A DNA stretch of 32,000 nucleotides. Origin: Planctomycetales bacterium (GTDB lineage: Bacteria > 4484-113 > JAFGCY01). The DNA lies in contig CP060262.1 of assembly GCA_022646745.1 (NCBI GenBank), positions 1,800,001 through 1,832,000 of the forward strand. The letters are read 5' to 3'. The position numbers and the translations under genes are program-made. The notes beneath the pieces are model-generated. The model was not told the DNA's origin, made no database searches, and was given only the letters and a program-made list of their open reading frames with translations. Shown here in pieces: positions 30,261 to 32,000 of this stretch (position 1 is its first letter; the number at the start of each line of letters is the position of its first letter).

Positions 30261-31684
30261 TGGAAGGGCTGCGCCCGCCGGGGCTGGACCACCAGGTTAC
30301 GAACGTGCCTCCGCTCCGGGGCTTTGGCGAACTGGCCCGGCCGCTGGCGGCGGTGCTGCCGCTGCTGGCACTGCTGGCCCTGGCCAGTGGGCTGTCGCTG
30401 CGCAGCCTGTCAACGGAGCCCGACCCCGCCGGCCTGATGTCGGTGCTCGGCATGCTGTGCTGGCTGCTCGGGCTGTTGCCGGCCGGTCCGGTGCAGCATG
30501 TGCTGCAGCGCCTGGACCGCCACCGCCGCAACCCGGTGCGCCAGCTGGCAACACGGGGCTGGCTGCTGCTGGCGCTGACCGTCGCCGCCGGAGCGGTCTC
30601 GCTGGCAATGCTGCCGGTGCACTTCGCCTACGACCAGAGCCAGGACCTGTTCAGCATCCAGACCCTCAACGTCGATCCCGTGACCTTCCGCAGCGGCTAC
30701 TTCATGCTGCTGCTGCACATCGCCGCCGCGCCTGCCTACCTGCTGGTGTCCACCGGGCTGCTGCGACTGCTGCGCCTGCTGCTGCCTGCTTCCGGCGCGC
30801 ATGTGCTGTGGCTGCTGGCCGGCAGCCTGCTGTGCGTGGTCCCGGCCGCACTGGACCAGCCCGGGGCCTGGCCGTTCAGCCTCGGGCAATACAGCAGCTG
30901 GATGCTGGAGTTCATGTATGCCAACAAGCAGCTGGCCTCGCCCTACATCCAGGAGCTGGTGCGCCCGGTGGTGCTGCGGCTGGCAATGGTCTGGGGCATC
31001 GGGCTCGGACTGTGCTGGCTGTCCTTCCTGCCGATCGGCCGGGCATTGCCAGTGGTCCGCCCGCTGTGGCTGGCGGCCTGCACTGGCATCATCGCCGGCG
31101 GGGCACGGATCGTAGCACTCAGCCTGCGCTGGACCGATGAGGTGCTGCCGCTTTCACCGGCGGACTGGACCAGCGTGCTGCTGTACGGCACTTTGGCAAC
31201 CTGGATCGCCTGGCTGGCCTGCCTGCTTTCGATGCCGCGCAGCCGGGTATTGCATTCCCTGCGCCGTGATTCCGCCTGGCTGCTTCTGCTGCCCGCGGCA
31301 CTGCTGGCAATGACCGCCAGCTGCCTGCAGGCCGGCGATGCCAGCCAGCTCAGGATGGCCTCCGCCGCCATCCTGCTGTTGCCGCTGTTGCTGCTGGGCC
31401 TGGTGCTGCCGCTGCAGGCCAGCCGGCTGGGCCATCCCGCCTGGCGCCTGCTGTGCCTGCTGCTGTGCACCGGCATGCTGCTGCTGCCGGCCCCGCGCAT
31501 GAGCCCGATCGCACAATTACTGCTGTCAATGCAGCCGGGCTTCCAGCTGGACCGGCCCGGCACCGAGCAGCTGCGGGTCTGGGCCTGCCTCGTGCTGCTG
31601 CTGCTGATCAGCTGGCCCGGCCTGCTGCAGTCCGTGATGGGCCGCTACCGCCAGCTTGCGCTGCCTGGCCGCTCCACACGCTGA
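30260..31684 (+). CDS. Polytopic Leu/Ala-rich integral membrane protein (474 aa)
   Basis: The ATG overlaps the upstream stop (TGATG), and a GGGGGAGGGG SD lies upstream. By eye there are at least 10 hydrophobic segments. I recognised no motif. Confidence 0.75.
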   Translation: MEGLRPPGLDHQVTNVPPLRGFGELARPLAAVLPLLALLALASGLSLRSLSTEPDPAGLMSVLGMLCWLLGLLPAGPVQHVLQRLDRHRRNPVRQLATRGWLLLALTVAAGAVSLAMLPVHFAYDQSQDLFSIQTLNVDPVTFRSGYFMLLLHIAAAPAYLLVSTGLLRLLRLLLPASGAHVLWLLAGSLLCVVPAALDQPGAWPFSLGQYSSWMLEFMYANKQLASPYIQELVRPVVLRLAMVWGIGLGLCWLSFLPIGRALPVVRPLWLAACTGIIAGGARIVALSLRWTDEVLPLSPADWTSVLLYGTLATWIAWLACLLSMPRSRVLHSLRRDSAWLLLLPAALLAMTASCLQAGDASQLRMASAAILLLPLLLLGLVLPLQASRLGHPAWRLLCLLLCTGMLLLPAPRMSPIAQLLLSMQPGFQLDRPGTEQLRVWACLVLLLLISWPGLLQSVMGRYRQLALPGRSTR

Positions 31685-31706
31685 TTGTCAAAATCCGGTT
31701 GAACGG

Positions 31707-31733
31707 TAAAGTGCCGCCGCCGGGCTCCGATAA
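31707..31733 (+). promoter_or_regulatory. Sigma-28 (FliA) class promoter of the flagellin gene
   Basis: TAAA (31707-31710), then 15 nt, then TCCGATAA (31726-31733). The consensus is TAAA-N15-GCCGATAA. It sits ~105 nt upstream of the flagellin ATG. Confidence 0.7.
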
Positions 31734-31837
31734 CAGCTCAGTGGGAAACGCTGGCAGCGTCTCCCGCAGCGGGAACAAACTCCGTCAGCCACCGGAATCC
31801 CGCCACAACTGATACACGTTCAAGGAGGAATGTGTCG

Positions 31838-32000
31838 ATGTCCGTCACCAGGATCTTTCAGAATCCGATAGCGATCAATGCCAACCGTAACCTGAAGGTT
31901 ACCGGCATGAACATCTCCCGCTCCCTCGAGCGGCTTTCATCCGGCCTGCGCATCAACCGCGCGGCTGACGACGCCGCCGGCCTATCCATCAGTGAGAAGC
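31838..32000 (+). CDS. fliC: Flagellin, N-terminal part (runs off the window)
   Basis: An AAGGAGGA SD lies 8 nt upstream. The translation MSVTRIFQNPIAINANRNLKVTGMNISRSLERLSSGLRINRAADDAAGLSISEK is the conserved flagellin N-domain. Confidence 0.9.
   Translation, partial: MSVTRIFQNPIAINANRNLKVTGMNISRSLERLSSGLRINRAADDAAGLSISEK

Overview
This is a high-G+C bacterial chromosomal segment, by eye above 60% G+C, with three clearly lower-G+C patches at about 4.10-4.23 kb, 12.3-13.7 kb and 16.6-17.8 kb. I did not compute G+C. About 33 protein-coding genes can be supported.

Housekeeping genes: plsX (5' part, runs off the window), rsmG, murA, a YhhW-type pirin, an OppD/DppD-type ABC ATPase, and flagellin (5' part, behind a near-consensus sigma-28 promoter).

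Envelope and accessory genes:
- a 1870-aa secreted PKD/beta-propeller/Asp-box protein
- a CAP-domain protein
- a transglutaminase-like protein
- a ChaN/Tiki-type protein
- a Cys-rich lipoprotein
- an HMA (MxCxxC) lipoprotein
- a membrane-anchored SNase nuclease
- two tandem ECF sigma/anti-sigma pairs
- three tandem STAS proteins
- a tandem trio of paralogous 4-TM proteins, with a fourth distant copy
- a coupled 754-aa/474-aa membrane pair
- a lower-G+C GIY-YIG/DUF4357 nuclease gene

I saw no rRNA, tRNA, CRISPR array, transposase, integrase or reverse transcriptase.

Observations most worth follow-up:
1. Degenerate heptanucleotide tandem arrays occur as inverted pairs. One pair brackets the GIY-YIG cassette and one forms an empty foldback with a GTGACGTCAC centre.
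2. A hairpin-dense non-coding block lies upstream of the GIY-YIG gene.
3. The tandem 4-TM family has a conserved RYLLPEEV-RRLRA tail.
4. The motif GAAAC-N18-GTCTA occurs three times. It links ECF sigma no. 2 to a second operon.
5. A -10 hexamer followed by 6-9 nt and a GTG/ATG start recurs, implying leaderless transcripts and revised starts.
6. An AT-rich island carries 21-bp direct repeats, a consensus promoter and a structured leader.

Functional links beyond sequence motifs are inference. The lineage cannot be assigned from this window.
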